Source: Treponema sp.
GTDB taxonomy: Bacteria; Spirochaetota; Spirochaetia; Treponematales; Treponemataceae
NCBI GenBank assembly: GCA_016288205.1
Contig: JAEEYO010000013.1
Location: forward strand, 1,700-65,699
DNA: 64,000 nucleotides
Direction: 5' to 3'
In this document: in pieces, positions 36,552 to 45,594 of the stretch
Layout: every line of letters begins with the position of its first letter
Numbering within the stretch: position 1 is the first letter of the stretch
Program-made: the position numbers and the translations under genes
Notes under the pieces: model-generated
Told to the model about the DNA's origin: nothing
What the model saw: the letters and a program-made list of their open reading frames with translations, nothing else
Databases searched by the model: none

Positions 36552-37259
36552 TTAGTTATTGTCACCGAAATCGGCGTCTTTCAGGTCGTAACCGTCATAT
36601 ACATTAGACAATGTGTTTGTTGTGAACTTGAGCTGGTCGAAGTAAACCACATAGTTATCAACAGCCTCGCTTACATCTGTGCGGATCCTGAAACCGACGA
36701 ATGTCATGTCAGGGCGACCAGAGCGAAGGCGTGAGTGCTGGCGGATATATGTCGGCACGTTAATGACGATGTTTCTCCATCCCTGGAACATAAGGTTTCC
36801 GGCGGGAAGAACATGAACACGTCCGTCTGCATCGCGAACGAGAACTTCCAGTCTGTAGTTGTAGTTGGCACCCCATACCCAGAAATCAATCTGTGTAACT
36901 GTTCCTACGAAAGGAATCTCGTGCTCTTTTCCCTCAGAATCCTGGGGATAAACCTCAAACCAGTTGTCTCCCTTGCGGTCGAAAGCAACTTTTGCACCGA
37001 GCACCAAAGCGGTGGGATCAGTGTCTTTGTGATAAGGACGGAGAGAATTAGGAATTCCCTCAAATGACTTTACGATAGGATATCCGTCAGCTATAAAGCG
37101 GCTGGCACGGGCACCCCAAGTCCAATCCATCTCATCCGGTGTATCGAAATTATCGATAACGATTGTCTCTACGGCCTTTGCACTTGGCTGTGCTGCTGCG
37201 GGAAGGCAGAAAGCAAACGCAAGAATAAGGCTTCCTAAAATGACTACGCCCTTTTTCAT
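36552..37259 (-). CDS. flaA: Flagellar filament outer-layer (sheath) protein FlaA family, short paralogue
   Basis: Signal peptide ending AAAQ. It contains DFWVWGANYNYRLEVLVRDADGRVHVLPAGNLMFQGWRNI and is a paralogue of the adjacent gene. Confidence 0.6.
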   Translation of the reverse strand: MKKGVVILGSLILAFAFCLPAAAQPSAKAVETIVIDNFDTPDEMDWTWGARASRFIADGYPIVKSFEGIPNSLRPYHKDTDPTALVLGAKVAFDRKGDNWFEVYPQDSEGKEHEIPFVGTVTQIDFWVWGANYNYRLEVLVRDADGRVHVLPAGNLMFQGWRNIVINVPTYIRQHSRLRSGRPDMTFVGFRIRTDVSEAVDNYVVYFDQLKFTTNTLSNVYDGYDLKDADFGDNN

Positions 37260-37394
37260 TCAATTCTCCTTGAATTGTAGATTTCCTGTTTTACATGGAA
37301 CCTATTTATTTACTTTTCGGCATGATTCCCCAAAATCTTTAATGCGAGGTTTCCTTGTACAACCTTGCATGAATCTTGAAGTCTCACATCATCC

Positions 37395-37423
37395 ATTATA
37401 TTTCGCACTTTGAGATTTGTCAA
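37395..37423 (-). promoter_or_regulatory. Consensus sigma70 promoter upstream of the flaA pair
   Basis: Minus strand reads TTGACA, a 17-nt spacer, then TATAAT. This implies a leader of about 130 nt. Confidence 0.65.
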
Positions 37424-37485
37424 ACGTTTTTAATGATTATGCAAAAGATTTTTTTAATTTTTTTGCAACCAGCCGGAAATTCTCC

Positions 37486-37812
37486 TTACTGATTTCTGGA
37501 TTTCAACATGTCCAGCACAATCCTAAACGCCGACCCTTCTTTTTTCATCTCTCGGGAACCTCTGGTAATATTGCACAGGGACATGCCGTATTTGCGGGCG
37601 ATCTCCCTCTGCGTAGTACCGGCGTCAAGCTCCTTTACCAGATGCCATCTGTTCGAAAAATCCTTGAGCTCAGCTGTGGTGAACAGGCATCCAAAAAAAC
37701 TGTAAATCAGCTCTTTGTCGTCAATCTCTGACAACAACGTACAGATTTCCATTATCGCATCTTCATTCTGCTCATTTTCCAGCGAATCTGTATTTTTTGT
37801 CCTCATCTCCAC
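37486..37812 (-). CDS. TrpR-related YerC/YecD-family DNA-binding protein
   Basis: 108 aa. RWHLVKELDAGTTQREIARKYGMSLCNITRGSRE is the YerC/TrpR helix-turn-helix signature. Confidence 0.75.
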   Translation of the reverse strand: MEMRTKNTDSLENEQNEDAIMEICTLLSEIDDKELIYSFFGCLFTTAELKDFSNRWHLVKELDAGTTQREIARKYGMSLCNITRGSREMKKEGSAFRIVLDMLKSRNQ

Positions 37813-37876
37813 CTCTAAAGGCCGCTGAAATCAAGGAAGTCCCGAAGACATATCCGCCCGGAACTTCCCAACCGAC

Positions 37877-38431
37877 TTATTTTTTCGGAGGAGCGATTGT
37901 AACGACCAGACTCTCAGGATTTGAGAGAACAGTCACCTTGTCGCCGAGATTCAAGTCCTTGATTGCGAACTTTCCACCAATGTCCAGCGGAGAAACGTCT
38001 GCGCTCACGAATGCGGGCATATCAGCAGGAAGAGCCTTGAGCTTCACATCGGGAACGTGCTTTACCATGAAGCCACCCTTGAGAACACCGGCGGGGTTTC
38101 CACTGATGCGGATCTTGAGCACGGCTGTTATCGGCTTGTTACCGCTGACGATGTGGAAATCGGCATGGAGGTTCTTGTCGGTCTTGATGTCATACTCAGT
38201 GTCCTTGATATATGCCTGATTGTCCTTTCCGTCAATCTTCAGGTTTACAAGTGTAGTTTTTGTGATTGAGCGCCATGCCTTTGAAAACTCCAGGGCATCC
38301 ACTTCAAGCATGATTGACTCACCCTTCTCGTTGTAGGCGATTGCAGGAAGTTTACCCTCAGCACGGATTCGCTTTGCAGCAACTTTACCAGACAGGCTGC
38401 GAGTCTTTGCATTAATTACAAACTGTTCCAT
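37877..38431 (-). CDS. rplY: 50S ribosomal protein L25/general stress protein Ctc
   Basis: 184 aa. N-terminus AKTRSLSGKVAAKRIRAEGKLPAIAYN. Confidence 0.9.
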   Translation of the reverse strand: MEQFVINAKTRSLSGKVAAKRIRAEGKLPAIAYNEKGESIMLEVDALEFSKAWRSITKTTLVNLKIDGKDNQAYIKDTEYDIKTDKNLHADFHIVSGNKPITAVLKIRISGNPAGVLKGGFMVKHVPDVKLKALPADMPAFVSADVSPLDIGGKFAIKDLNLGDKVTVLSNPESLVVTIAPPKK

Positions 38432-38464
38432 TTCTCAGAACTCCTTTAAAATTGTTGTTTAAAC

Positions 38465-38537
38465 CTGGGACGGCTGGATTCGAACCAGCGGAATGACGGC
38501 ACCAAAAGCCGTTGTCTTACCACTTGACGACGTCCCA
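38465..38537 (-). tRNA. tRNA-Gln (anticodon TTG); no encoded CCA
   Basis: Hand-folded. Acceptor stem TGGGACG/CGTCCCA (U1:A72), anticodon stem ACGGC/GCCGT with loop TTTTGGT, and T-loop GGTTCGAATCC. Confidence 0.85.
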
Positions 38538-38573
38538 AAAGAGCAAAGTCATTGACAGGAGGCGGAGACTGAA

Positions 38574-38858
38574 TTACTCGTCTGCACCAACTACCCCGTC
38601 CTCAACATGTCCCGCGAGATACTCGGAGACAATCTTTTCCTGAAGGGAATTGCGGAACTCAGGGCTAATCGGATGAGCAACATCCTTGTACTCACCGTTA
38701 GCAGTCTTTCTGCTGGGCATGGCTATAAAAAGCCCGCTCTTTCCCTCGATTATCTTAACATTATGAACAACAAAGCAGTCATCAAACGTAATCGTAACAT
38801 AAGCCTTAAGCTTGTTGTCACCCTCAACCTTGCGGATCCTTATTTCAGTAACCTGCAT
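38574..38858 (-). CDS. spoVG: Septation protein SpoVG
   Basis: MQVTEIRIRKVEGDNKLKAYVTITFDDCFVVHNVKIIEGKSGLFIAMPSRK is canonical SpoVG. The start was trimmed from the 143-aa ORF, which would otherwise overlap ispE. Confidence 0.92.
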   Translation of the reverse strand: MQVTEIRIRKVEGDNKLKAYVTITFDDCFVVHNVKIIEGKSGLFIAMPSRKTANGEYKDVAHPISPEFRNSLQEKIVSEYLAGHVEDGVVGADE

Positions 38859-38883
38859 ACTCTCCATCTCCTGTATGAATTTA

Positions 38884-39774
38884 TCAAACAAGTACGGATT
38901 CCCACTGACCGGATAGTAAGTCTTTCGCCAGCAAAGCCCTGCGTCTATCACTAAAGACCCCGAATATAGTAGAACCCGACCCTGACATATCAACAAAATC
39001 CGCACCGGAAGCCCTCAAAGCATCCAATGCCTGCTGAATTTTGGGATACCGTTCCGCAACAGGAGCTGCAAAATCATTAATGAAAGACCATTCCCGTACC
39101 GACCTGCAGTAAGTTTTCTCCAGAGATTCCGCAACGCGGCTCTCACGGTTCCCAGGATGCAGGAGCTGCCATTCATCCACAAGTGCATACGCGTCCTTAG
39201 TGGAAACTGACACGCCCGGAAAAACCAACAGAATCGAACAATCAGTCCGGCTTTCTATCGGCTCAATTACTTCCCCGCGTCCCCTTACAACAGCGGTAAA
39301 ACTCTCCCATTCCGAAAGCTTCCCTTCCCTTTCCTCCAGTGCCCTGGTAAAAAAGAAAACGTCGCTTCCAACCTGCCCCGAAATTTCTTCCAAAGCAGAA
39401 TGTTTCAAATGTGTGCCGAAAATAATATCGATGGATTTTAAAAAAGAAGATGAATCACTGGATCCGCCCCCCAATCCACCGCCGGCAGGAATATGCTTCT
39501 TCACTTTTACGTGAACATTTTCCCTTATGCCAGTCAGCACGCAGAAAGCTTTGTATGTCCTTTGAAAAGTATTGTCTTCCGGCAGATTCATACCCTCACA
39601 GTCCACAACGCACCGGCCGTCATTTCCGCCGTCCCTGTGAACGCTTATTTCATCACAAAGATTGACGAGCGTAAAAATGCTTTCGATGTCGTGAAAACCG
39701 TCAGCCCTTTTCGGAAAAACCCTGAGTCCAAGGTTGATTTTCGCGGGTGCCAAAGCGGTAATACTTTCTAACAT
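38884..39774 (-). CDS. ispE: 4-diphosphocytidyl-2-C-methyl-D-erythritol kinase
   Basis: APAKINLGLRV N-terminus and the GHMP kinase motif PAGGGLGGGSSD. Confidence 0.92.
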   Translation of the reverse strand: MLESITALAPAKINLGLRVFPKRADGFHDIESIFTLVNLCDEISVHRDGGNDGRCVVDCEGMNLPEDNTFQRTYKAFCVLTGIRENVHVKVKKHIPAGGGLGGGSSDSSSFLKSIDIIFGTHLKHSALEEISGQVGSDVFFFTRALEEREGKLSEWESFTAVVRGRGEVIEPIESRTDCSILLVFPGVSVSTKDAYALVDEWQLLHPGNRESRVAESLEKTYCRSVREWSFINDFAAPVAERYPKIQQALDALRASGADFVDMSGSGSTIFGVFSDRRRALLAKDLLSGQWESVLV

Positions 39775-39813
39775 ACACTATGCATTATACAAATTTGCAA
39801 AATAATGTCAAGA

Positions 39814-39900
39814 GGGAAAGCAAGTTGAAAGTTGAAAGTTGAAAACGGAAAGTGGAGAGTGGAAAGCTGGACATTTCTCACTCCTCACTCCTGACTTCTG
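39814..39900 (+). repeat. Purine-tract intergenic repeat, copy b, with downstream pyrimidine-rich partner segment
   Basis: Plus strand reads GGGAAAGCAAGTTGAAAGTTGAAAGTTGAAAACGGAAAGTGGAGAGTGGAAAG, then TTCTCACTCCTCACTCCTGACTTCTG. It lies between the MCP stop and the ispE start. Confidence 0.8.
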
Positions 39901-39910
39901 CCCTAAACTC

Positions 39911-41797
39911 CTACAGCTTAAACGTAGCGATCTCGGCTGCAAGCGCGTTAATGTCATCCTGATTCTTCGAAGACGAGCGTGAGACCAAATCCATGGCGGA
40001 AGAAATATCCGTGACGCTCGCAGAAATGGACGTCATGCTCTCGTTGATTCTTCTCGTAACGTCGGAAAGATTTCCCATCTCAAGAGCGACCTGCTCCGCA
40101 CCATTAAGCATCTCCGTAGAGCCGTCCTTAACGGAAACAGTCGCCTCGCTAATCTGACGCATCGCATCAAGGACCTGCTTGTTTCCCTCGTTCTGCTCAG
40201 ACATGGCGTTCATAACGACGGACTCCTGATTCTTTACAATCTGTGCGACGCTGTAAATCGTGTCGAATTTCTCCTGAACTTCCATAATACTCTGCGCAAT
40301 GTTCGTAAGGGCACCGGAAAGCGACTTAAGACTCGTCTTGATTGCCTTACCCTGCTTGTTGGACTGCTCGGCAAGCTTACGGATTTCATCGGCAACAACA
40401 GCAAATCCCTTACCGGCCTCACCCGCATGAGCTGACTCAATGGCCGCGTTCATGGCAAGAAGGTTTGTCTGGCTAGCGATTGTCTGAATGATATTTGATG
40501 CGTCCATAAGACCGGACGACTGCTTGATGACATCCTCAGCGATGACAACGGATTTTTTAACGGCGTTGCGTCCCTCGTCCGAAGCGACTCCCAGCTCATT
40601 TACTGCGGCGGAGTTTTTCTCAAGAACCTGAGTTACCGAATTGATGTTGGCAACCATCTCGTCAACGGCAGCGGAAGACTGATTCACGCATGCTGACTGT
40701 CCCTCGATGCTATCGTTAAGCTCACGGATGCGTCCCAGAATCTGATTTACTGACGCATGTGACTCCTCGACGACGGCGGACTGGTTCTCCATCTCCATCT
40801 CAACGTTCTGAACCGCGGAAGTAATATTGCTCACGCTGCCACCAGCCCTGTCCATGTTCTGGGACAAATCCCCGGCGGTACGAATTGAAGCCGATGCGGA
40901 ATCCTTCATGTTCATAAGAAGTCCCTGCATCATCTCTCGGAAAAGGTTGACGTTGTTGATGAGGTCACCCATCTCATTTCTGAGCGTAAGCGGAACCGGA
41001 GTCATGTCATACTTTCTGTCCGCAAGTTTTCCTGTAAACTCACTGAGCTGCCCGATTCCGTTCTTGATTCCGTTAAGACTGTTGTAAATATTGAAGACGG
41101 TCGCAATTCCACCGATTGTGGCAAGCGGGATGAGTTTTCCATAAAGAGTCGCGGAGATATTCTTCAGGTTCGCCGGAACAAAAAGCGGAGAACAAATCAG
41201 CGTGATAAGACCGATTACGGCAAAAGCGATGATGATTGTGGTGCGGAACATGATGTGCATGACATAAACGCCTTTGGTCGCGGGAAGCCAGCTCAACGAC
41301 TTCTCCAGATTCAGCATGAAAAGAAGATAGAAGAAAGTCGCAACCGTAAACGTAACTCCGTTGATAAGGAAGATCCAGAAGGAAAGACCGCTTGCCCCTC
41401 CGAAATTCTGATACGTAAATCCACGCTGAGGCGCACGCACGGTTATAAAATACGCAAGTCCAAGCTCAAAGCCAATGATCACAAGGACCAGCAACATGAA
41501 ATAGTACTTGACGAAATGAAGCAGTCCCATGACATCAATCTTTCCCGCATCATATTTCTTGACCTGCGCGACGTAAGTATAATACACGGCAGTAGGCACG
41601 CAACCGGCAACCACAAGCAAAAACACCCAGTACAGCGGGTCTCCCACCAACCTTACGAATTCCTGAACGCTCAGCGCACCGACATACATTCCAATGGGTC
41701 CGACAAAAATAATCGGAATGGCGAACGTAAAAAGGATAGGGATAAAAATCGAGCGATTGAACGCGGCATGATTTCCTGAACTGATAGTGTCTGACAT
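39911..41797 (-). CDS. Methyl-accepting chemotaxis protein
   Basis: Polytopic N-terminus, a HAMP region, and the highly conserved signalling hairpin ([37 protein letters not shown]). The start was set to ATG 41797, which has a GGGAGG 8 nt upstream. Confidence 0.92.
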   Translation of the reverse strand: MSDTISSGNHAAFNRSIFIPILFTFAIPIIFVGPIGMYVGALSVQEFVRLVGDPLYWVFLLVVAGCVPTAVYYTYVAQVKKYDAGKIDVMGLLHFVKYYFMLLVLVIIGFELGLAYFITVRAPQRGFTYQNFGGASGLSFWIFLINGVTFTVATFFYLLFMLNLEKSLSWLPATKGVYVMHIMFRTTIIIAFAVIGLITLICSPLFVPANLKNISATLYGKLIPLATIGGIATVFNIYNSLNGIKNGIGQLSEFTGKLADRKYDMTPVPLTLRNEMGDLINNVNLFREMMQGLLMNMKDSASASIRTAGDLSQNMDRAGGSVSNITSAVQNVEMEMENQSAVVEESHASVNQILGRIRELNDSIEGQSACVNQSSAAVDEMVANINSVTQVLEKNSAAVNELGVASDEGRNAVKKSVVIAEDVIKQSSGLMDASNIIQTIASQTNLLAMNAAIESAHAGEAGKGFAVVADEIRKLAEQSNKQGKAIKTSLKSLSGALTNIAQSIMEVQEKFDTIYSVAQIVKNQESVVMNAMSEQNEGNKQVLDAMRQISEATVSVKDGSTEMLNGAEQVALEMGNLSDVTRRINESMTSISASVTDISSAMDLVSRSSSKNQDDINALAAEIATFKL

Positions 41798-41883
41798 GAT
41801 AGGGGCCTCCCACACGGCTCTAAAAACTTTAATTAATTGCGAAGCAATTTGAGCACAGCAAAGATGCAATCACAGTGCAATAT

Positions 41884-41912
41884 AGGATAATACAAAAAAA
41901 AGATTTTGTCAA
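41884..41912 (-). promoter_or_regulatory. Candidate sigma70 promoter for the MCP gene
   Basis: Minus strand reads TTGACA, a 17-nt spacer, then TATCCT. Confidence 0.35.
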
Positions 41913-41971
41913 TGAAGTTGCCAATGATTTTTACGCTTGAAAAGGATAAGATGATTTATAGAAGAAAATTA

Positions 41972-42043
41972 CGGTCCCTACGGGAGTTGAACCCATCTTT
42001 AAAGATTGAGAATCTTTCGTCCTAGCCGATAGACGAAGGGACC
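41972..42043 (-). tRNA. tRNA-Glu (anticodon CTC); no encoded CCA
   Basis: Hand-folded. Acceptor stem GGTCCCT/AGGGACC, anticodon stem AAAGA/TCTTT with loop TTCTCAA, and T-loop GGTTCAACTCC. Confidence 0.8.
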
Positions 42044-42051
42044 AATATAAG

Positions 42052-42122
42052 TTCCCCAAGGAGGATTCGAACCCCCACAGTCAGAACCAGAATCTGAAGT
42101 GCTACCATTACACAATCGGGGA
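42052..42122 (-). tRNA. tRNA-Gln (anticodon CTG); no encoded CCA
   Basis: Hand-folded. Acceptor stem TCCCCGA/TTGGGGA (U1:A72, one G-U pair), anticodon stem TCAGA/TCTGA with loop TTCTGGT, and T-loop GGTTCGAATCC. Confidence 0.8.
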
Positions 42123-42138
42123 ATGTGTTGATGAAAGT

Positions 42139-42167
42139 ACTATATAACATTGCACATTTTATGTCAA
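42139..42167 (-). promoter_or_regulatory. Sigma70 promoter for the tRNA-Gln/tRNA-Glu pair
   Basis: Minus strand reads TTGACA, a 17-nt spacer, then TATAGT. The -10 hexamer ends about 17 nt upstream of the tRNA-Gln 5' end. Confidence 0.6.
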
Positions 42168-42234
42168 GGACTTTTACAAAAAAATCACAATTTTTTTCAG
42201 AAAAATTTTCACCTCCACCTGAGCGACTAACAGC

Positions 42235-44196
42235 CTACACAAGCTCCTCGGATTTGGCTTCCCAGTCGGAGTTGAGTTTTTCCAAAATCTCGTTGATTTC
42301 TGAAATGGATGCCTGAACCGCGCGGGATTTCTCACCGTCAGAATACACGGCGGGGTCGGCCATCTGTGCCTCAAGGGATTTCAGTTCCTCTTCCCTCTTC
42401 GCAATCTCAGCCTCAATCTTTTCAATCTCACGCTCAATCTTGCGTCTGTCCGCAGAAGCTTTTTTCTGCTCCTCCCACGATGTCTTTGTCGCGCTGGCAG
42501 GGGCTTCCTTCTGTGGCTCAGTCTTTGCTCCCTGATTTTGTGCCACCACATTCAAAGGAGACTCAACGATTCCGTTCTCCTCATCCTCAAGACGACGCAT
42601 ATAGTAGGCATAATCTCCGGGGAAATTCCTCCATGTGCCGGGATGCAGCTCCAGAACCCTGGTCGCAAGGCTTTCAATGAACCCGCGGTCGTGGCTTACG
42701 AAAACAACGGTTCCGCCGTAATCCTTAAGCGCCTCAAGAAGAACGTCCTTTGAGTGCATGTCAAGATGGTTCGTCGGCTCGTCAAGCACAAGCAGATTCA
42801 CGGGCCTGAGCAAAAGCTCCAGAAGTGCAATGCGGCTCTTCTCACCACCGGAAAGCACGTCAATGCTCTTGAAGACATCATCGCCCCGGAAAAGGAAGGC
42901 ACCCAGCATGTCGCGGATTTTCGGAATCAGATGCAGAGGACACTTTTTTTCCATATAATCAAGCACGCTCTCGCTGCCGGTGATTTTCTCAGCTGAATCC
43001 TGGGAGAAATACCCCACGCTCACTCCGGCACCAAGCTTCACATTGCCGCTGTAGTCAGAATCAACTCCGGCAACAATCCTGAGCAAGGTCGATTTACCAG
43101 CGCCGTTCCGTCCTGCGACAACAAGCCGCTCCCCTTTTTCAAGCACAAAATCCAGATTGTGGATTATGTCGGGACCGCCGTAATTCTTGCAAAGTCCCTC
43201 CAGAGTAAGGACAAGCTGACCAGAGTGCGGGGCCTCCGGGAAAGTAAAGTGGATTTTCTTAAGGCTCTCGGGAATCTCAATGCGCACGATTTTGTCAAGC
43301 TGCTTCTGCCTGTCCTGTGCCTGAGCCGCCTTTGTCGCCTTATAACCGAACCTGCGTATAAAATCCTCAAGATGCTGAATCTCCTGCTGCTGCTGCTCAT
43401 AAGCCGCAATCAGAGACTCAAGCTCAACCTTGCGGACCTCCTCATAATGAGTGAAATTTCCGGGGTATCTTTTCAGTGTGCCGTTAAAAAGCTCGTACAC
43501 CTCGTTGATTGTGTGGTCAAGAAAATAGCGGTCGTGGCTGACCAAAAGAAATCCGCCCTTAAAATCAGCAAGAAATTTCTCAAGCCAGTTGCGCGCCTCA
43601 ATGTCAAGATAGTTAGTCGGCTCGTCCAAAAGCAGGATGTCGGGACCGCACATAAGGGCCTTTGCCAATGCGATTCTCATCTGCCATCCGCCGGAAAAAA
43701 GCTCGGTCTGCTTGTTAAAATCCTCGCGGGAAAATCCAAGACCAATCAGGACGCTTTCGGCAAGCATCTCACGCCTGTACCAACCGGAGTCCTCAAGTTT
43801 CGAAAGCAATGCGGCATGTTCCTCGGCAAGTTTTCCAGCCTGCTCGTGATGATTCTGATTCGTCAGGCTCTCCATCTCCGCACCAAGCTCGTCAATCCGG
43901 GTCTGCATCTCGTAGCCCCACAAAAACGCCTTGTCCGCCTCCTCAATCAGCGTGCATCCCTGGTGGACCAATCCGCTCTGGGGAAGATAGGCAATCCGTG
44001 CGTCCTTCTGTGCGATTCTTTGTCCGCTGTCAGGCTCCATCAGCCCCGCCATGACTTTTATGAGGGTGGATTTTCCGGCACCGTTCGCACCTGTCAAAGC
44101 CGCCTTGCTTCCCGCCTGCAAATTTACGGAAACATCCTTCAAAATGTCGCGGTCGCCGAATGCGAGAGATACCTTGGAAAACTGTACGAATGCCAT
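42235..44196 (-). CDS. ABC-F family ATPase (Uup/YheS-like, two ABC domains plus C-terminal coiled coil)
   Basis: Two Walker A motifs (GANGAGKST, GRNGAGKST), two signature motifs (FSGGWQMR, LSGGEKSR), no TM domain, and a K/E-rich tail. Confidence 0.92.
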   Translation of the reverse strand: MAFVQFSKVSLAFGDRDILKDVSVNLQAGSKAALTGANGAGKSTLIKVMAGLMEPDSGQRIAQKDARIAYLPQSGLVHQGCTLIEEADKAFLWGYEMQTRIDELGAEMESLTNQNHHEQAGKLAEEHAALLSKLEDSGWYRREMLAESVLIGLGFSREDFNKQTELFSGGWQMRIALAKALMCGPDILLLDEPTNYLDIEARNWLEKFLADFKGGFLLVSHDRYFLDHTINEVYELFNGTLKRYPGNFTHYEEVRKVELESLIAAYEQQQQEIQHLEDFIRRFGYKATKAAQAQDRQKQLDKIVRIEIPESLKKIHFTFPEAPHSGQLVLTLEGLCKNYGGPDIIHNLDFVLEKGERLVVAGRNGAGKSTLLRIVAGVDSDYSGNVKLGAGVSVGYFSQDSAEKITGSESVLDYMEKKCPLHLIPKIRDMLGAFLFRGDDVFKSIDVLSGGEKSRIALLELLLRPVNLLVLDEPTNHLDMHSKDVLLEALKDYGGTVVFVSHDRGFIESLATRVLELHPGTWRNFPGDYAYYMRRLEDEENGIVESPLNVVAQNQGAKTEPQKEAPASATKTSWEEQKKASADRRKIEREIEKIEAEIAKREEELKSLEAQMADPAVYSDGEKSRAVQASISEINEILEKLNSDWEAKSEELV

Positions 44197-44223
44197 TTTC
44201 AGCCCCTGGTTTTAATTGTGGTT

Positions 44224-45558
44224 TTAGTTGTGGAAGTACATGACCTGCGCGCCAGAAGGCTCCGTCACATTCGCAACATCGCGTCCGGTCGAAGGATCCG
44301 TCGTTACAATGACACGCGCAACGGCAAGTCTGAGTCCACCGGCCTCCATCTTATAGAAGAAATTCACGTCCCTCGCGTCTCCGTTGAACGCAAAGCTCAG
44401 GATTCCGTCCCATTTTCCGCGCAGATTCTTCGGCACAAAGTACTTGGACTCAACCGTTCCCGATGTCTTCGCGTCCATGCTGATAACTCCGGGCTGAAGG
44501 TTCTCGAATCCAGTCCAGCGGAAGAGATTGTTTCCGGAGAAATTCATGTTTCCGTAGTTGGAGCTGCTGTAGCTCGGTCCGAATTTCACCAGGCTTGAGT
44601 ACACCTTTTCGCGCCTTGATTTTTCCGACGCAATCAGAGTGGGCACGTCATCCTCAATGGTAATGAAATAAACGCTGAAAGGCCGTCCCGTGTCGTCGGT
44701 GTAGCGAATCAGTATGGTGCTCTCATTTCGTATGGTCATCTGGATGGACGTGTTGTTGAAGCGGTAGATGTGGTCGCCAGTCTTTGTCACACCCTCGTAC
44801 GGAACCTCAATGTCAACGTTGGAGAGCTTGAGCTTAAGCATACCGGTGTCGCTTCCGGGATCGAATCCGTAATCATCCTGCATGTATTTCAAATCAATCT
44901 CGCGGTTGTTGATCATCTTCGCGTAATACTCCGGGTACCACAGCGTTGCAAGGGCAATGTCAAGCAGGTCGTCCTTTTCCTGAATGTCCACAAGCACTTC
45001 CTCGGTAAATTCATAAGAACCGTCGCCGGCCATCTGGAACGTGCGGAGATTGTAGCTGAAACACCATCCGGACACACCCGTGGACGTAAGCACCTGATAC
45101 CAGTCTCCCTCAAGCTTCTGCCGTCCCACCGTAGGAATGTCGCCTTCCCCGGTAACAATCGTCCTGATTATCTCTCCCTTACGCAAACGGTAGACCTGTT
45201 TCGCTATGTTCGTAGGCTCCTTGCGGATTGGAAGTCCGTCAATTATGGAAACCGCATACTGCTGATTGTAAGCCGCGCGTGAGGCAGCAAGTTTCTTCGC
45301 CTTTCCCTTGGACGTTGGAGCCGTAATCTTCCACAGGGGAATCTCCACTCTGTCCTCGCTGTCGGGAACTCCGATCAGGTAGGTCTTGGATATGTTTGAC
45401 TTCATGAATACTGGGACGACCTTTCCATCCGGAATCTGCCGCTCAGGGATATTCCACAAAACAACGCTGTAACCGATTACACCGCTGGAACAAGAGACAA
45501 GGGCCGTCAAAAAAGAAAATGCAAGGACGGCAAAAAATGCTGTATTAAATCGTTTCAT
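44224..45558 (-). CDS. Lipoprotein of unknown function with a bacterial SH3-like segment
   Basis: Lipobox LTALVSCSS. The SH3b-like stretch is GLPIRKEPTNIAKQVYRLRKGEIIRTI...GDWYQVLTSTGVSGWCFSYNL. Confidence 0.5.
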   Translation of the reverse strand: MKRFNTAFFAVLAFSFLTALVSCSSGVIGYSVVLWNIPERQIPDGKVVPVFMKSNISKTYLIGVPDSEDRVEIPLWKITAPTSKGKAKKLAASRAAYNQQYAVSIIDGLPIRKEPTNIAKQVYRLRKGEIIRTIVTGEGDIPTVGRQKLEGDWYQVLTSTGVSGWCFSYNLRTFQMAGDGSYEFTEEVLVDIQEKDDLLDIALATLWYPEYYAKMINNREIDLKYMQDDYGFDPGSDTGMLKLKLSNVDIEVPYEGVTKTGDHIYRFNNTSIQMTIRNESTILIRYTDDTGRPFSVYFITIEDDVPTLIASEKSRREKVYSSLVKFGPSYSSSNYGNMNFSGNNLFRWTGFENLQPGVISMDAKTSGTVESKYFVPKNLRGKWDGILSFAFNGDARDVNFFYKMEAGGLRLAVARVIVTTDPSTGRDVANVTEPSGAQVMYFHN

Positions 45559-45594
45559 GGGAGGGATTATATCAAATTTAAAGAAAATATTCTA

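Noticed and set aside
38859-39005. N-terminal 49-aa extension of the SpoVG ORF
   Set aside because: It would overlap the 3' end of ispE by more than 100 nt. The extension has no similarity to SpoVG, and canonical SpoVG begins at MQVTEIRIRK.
44209-44234. Direct 12-bp repeat GTTTTA(A/G)TTGTG x2 spanning the stop codon of the lipoprotein gene
   Set aside because: There are only two imperfect copies, no further copies were seen in the window, and I can suggest no structural or functional rationale.
43159-44598. 479-aa plus-strand ORF, the longest unassigned ORF in the track
   Set aside because: It lies entirely antisense to the well-supported ABC-F ATPase and the SH3 lipoprotein gene. Its sequence is low-complexity (L/R/S/K-rich) with no recognisable motifs. 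This is a typical shadow ORF of a strongly coding opposite strand.
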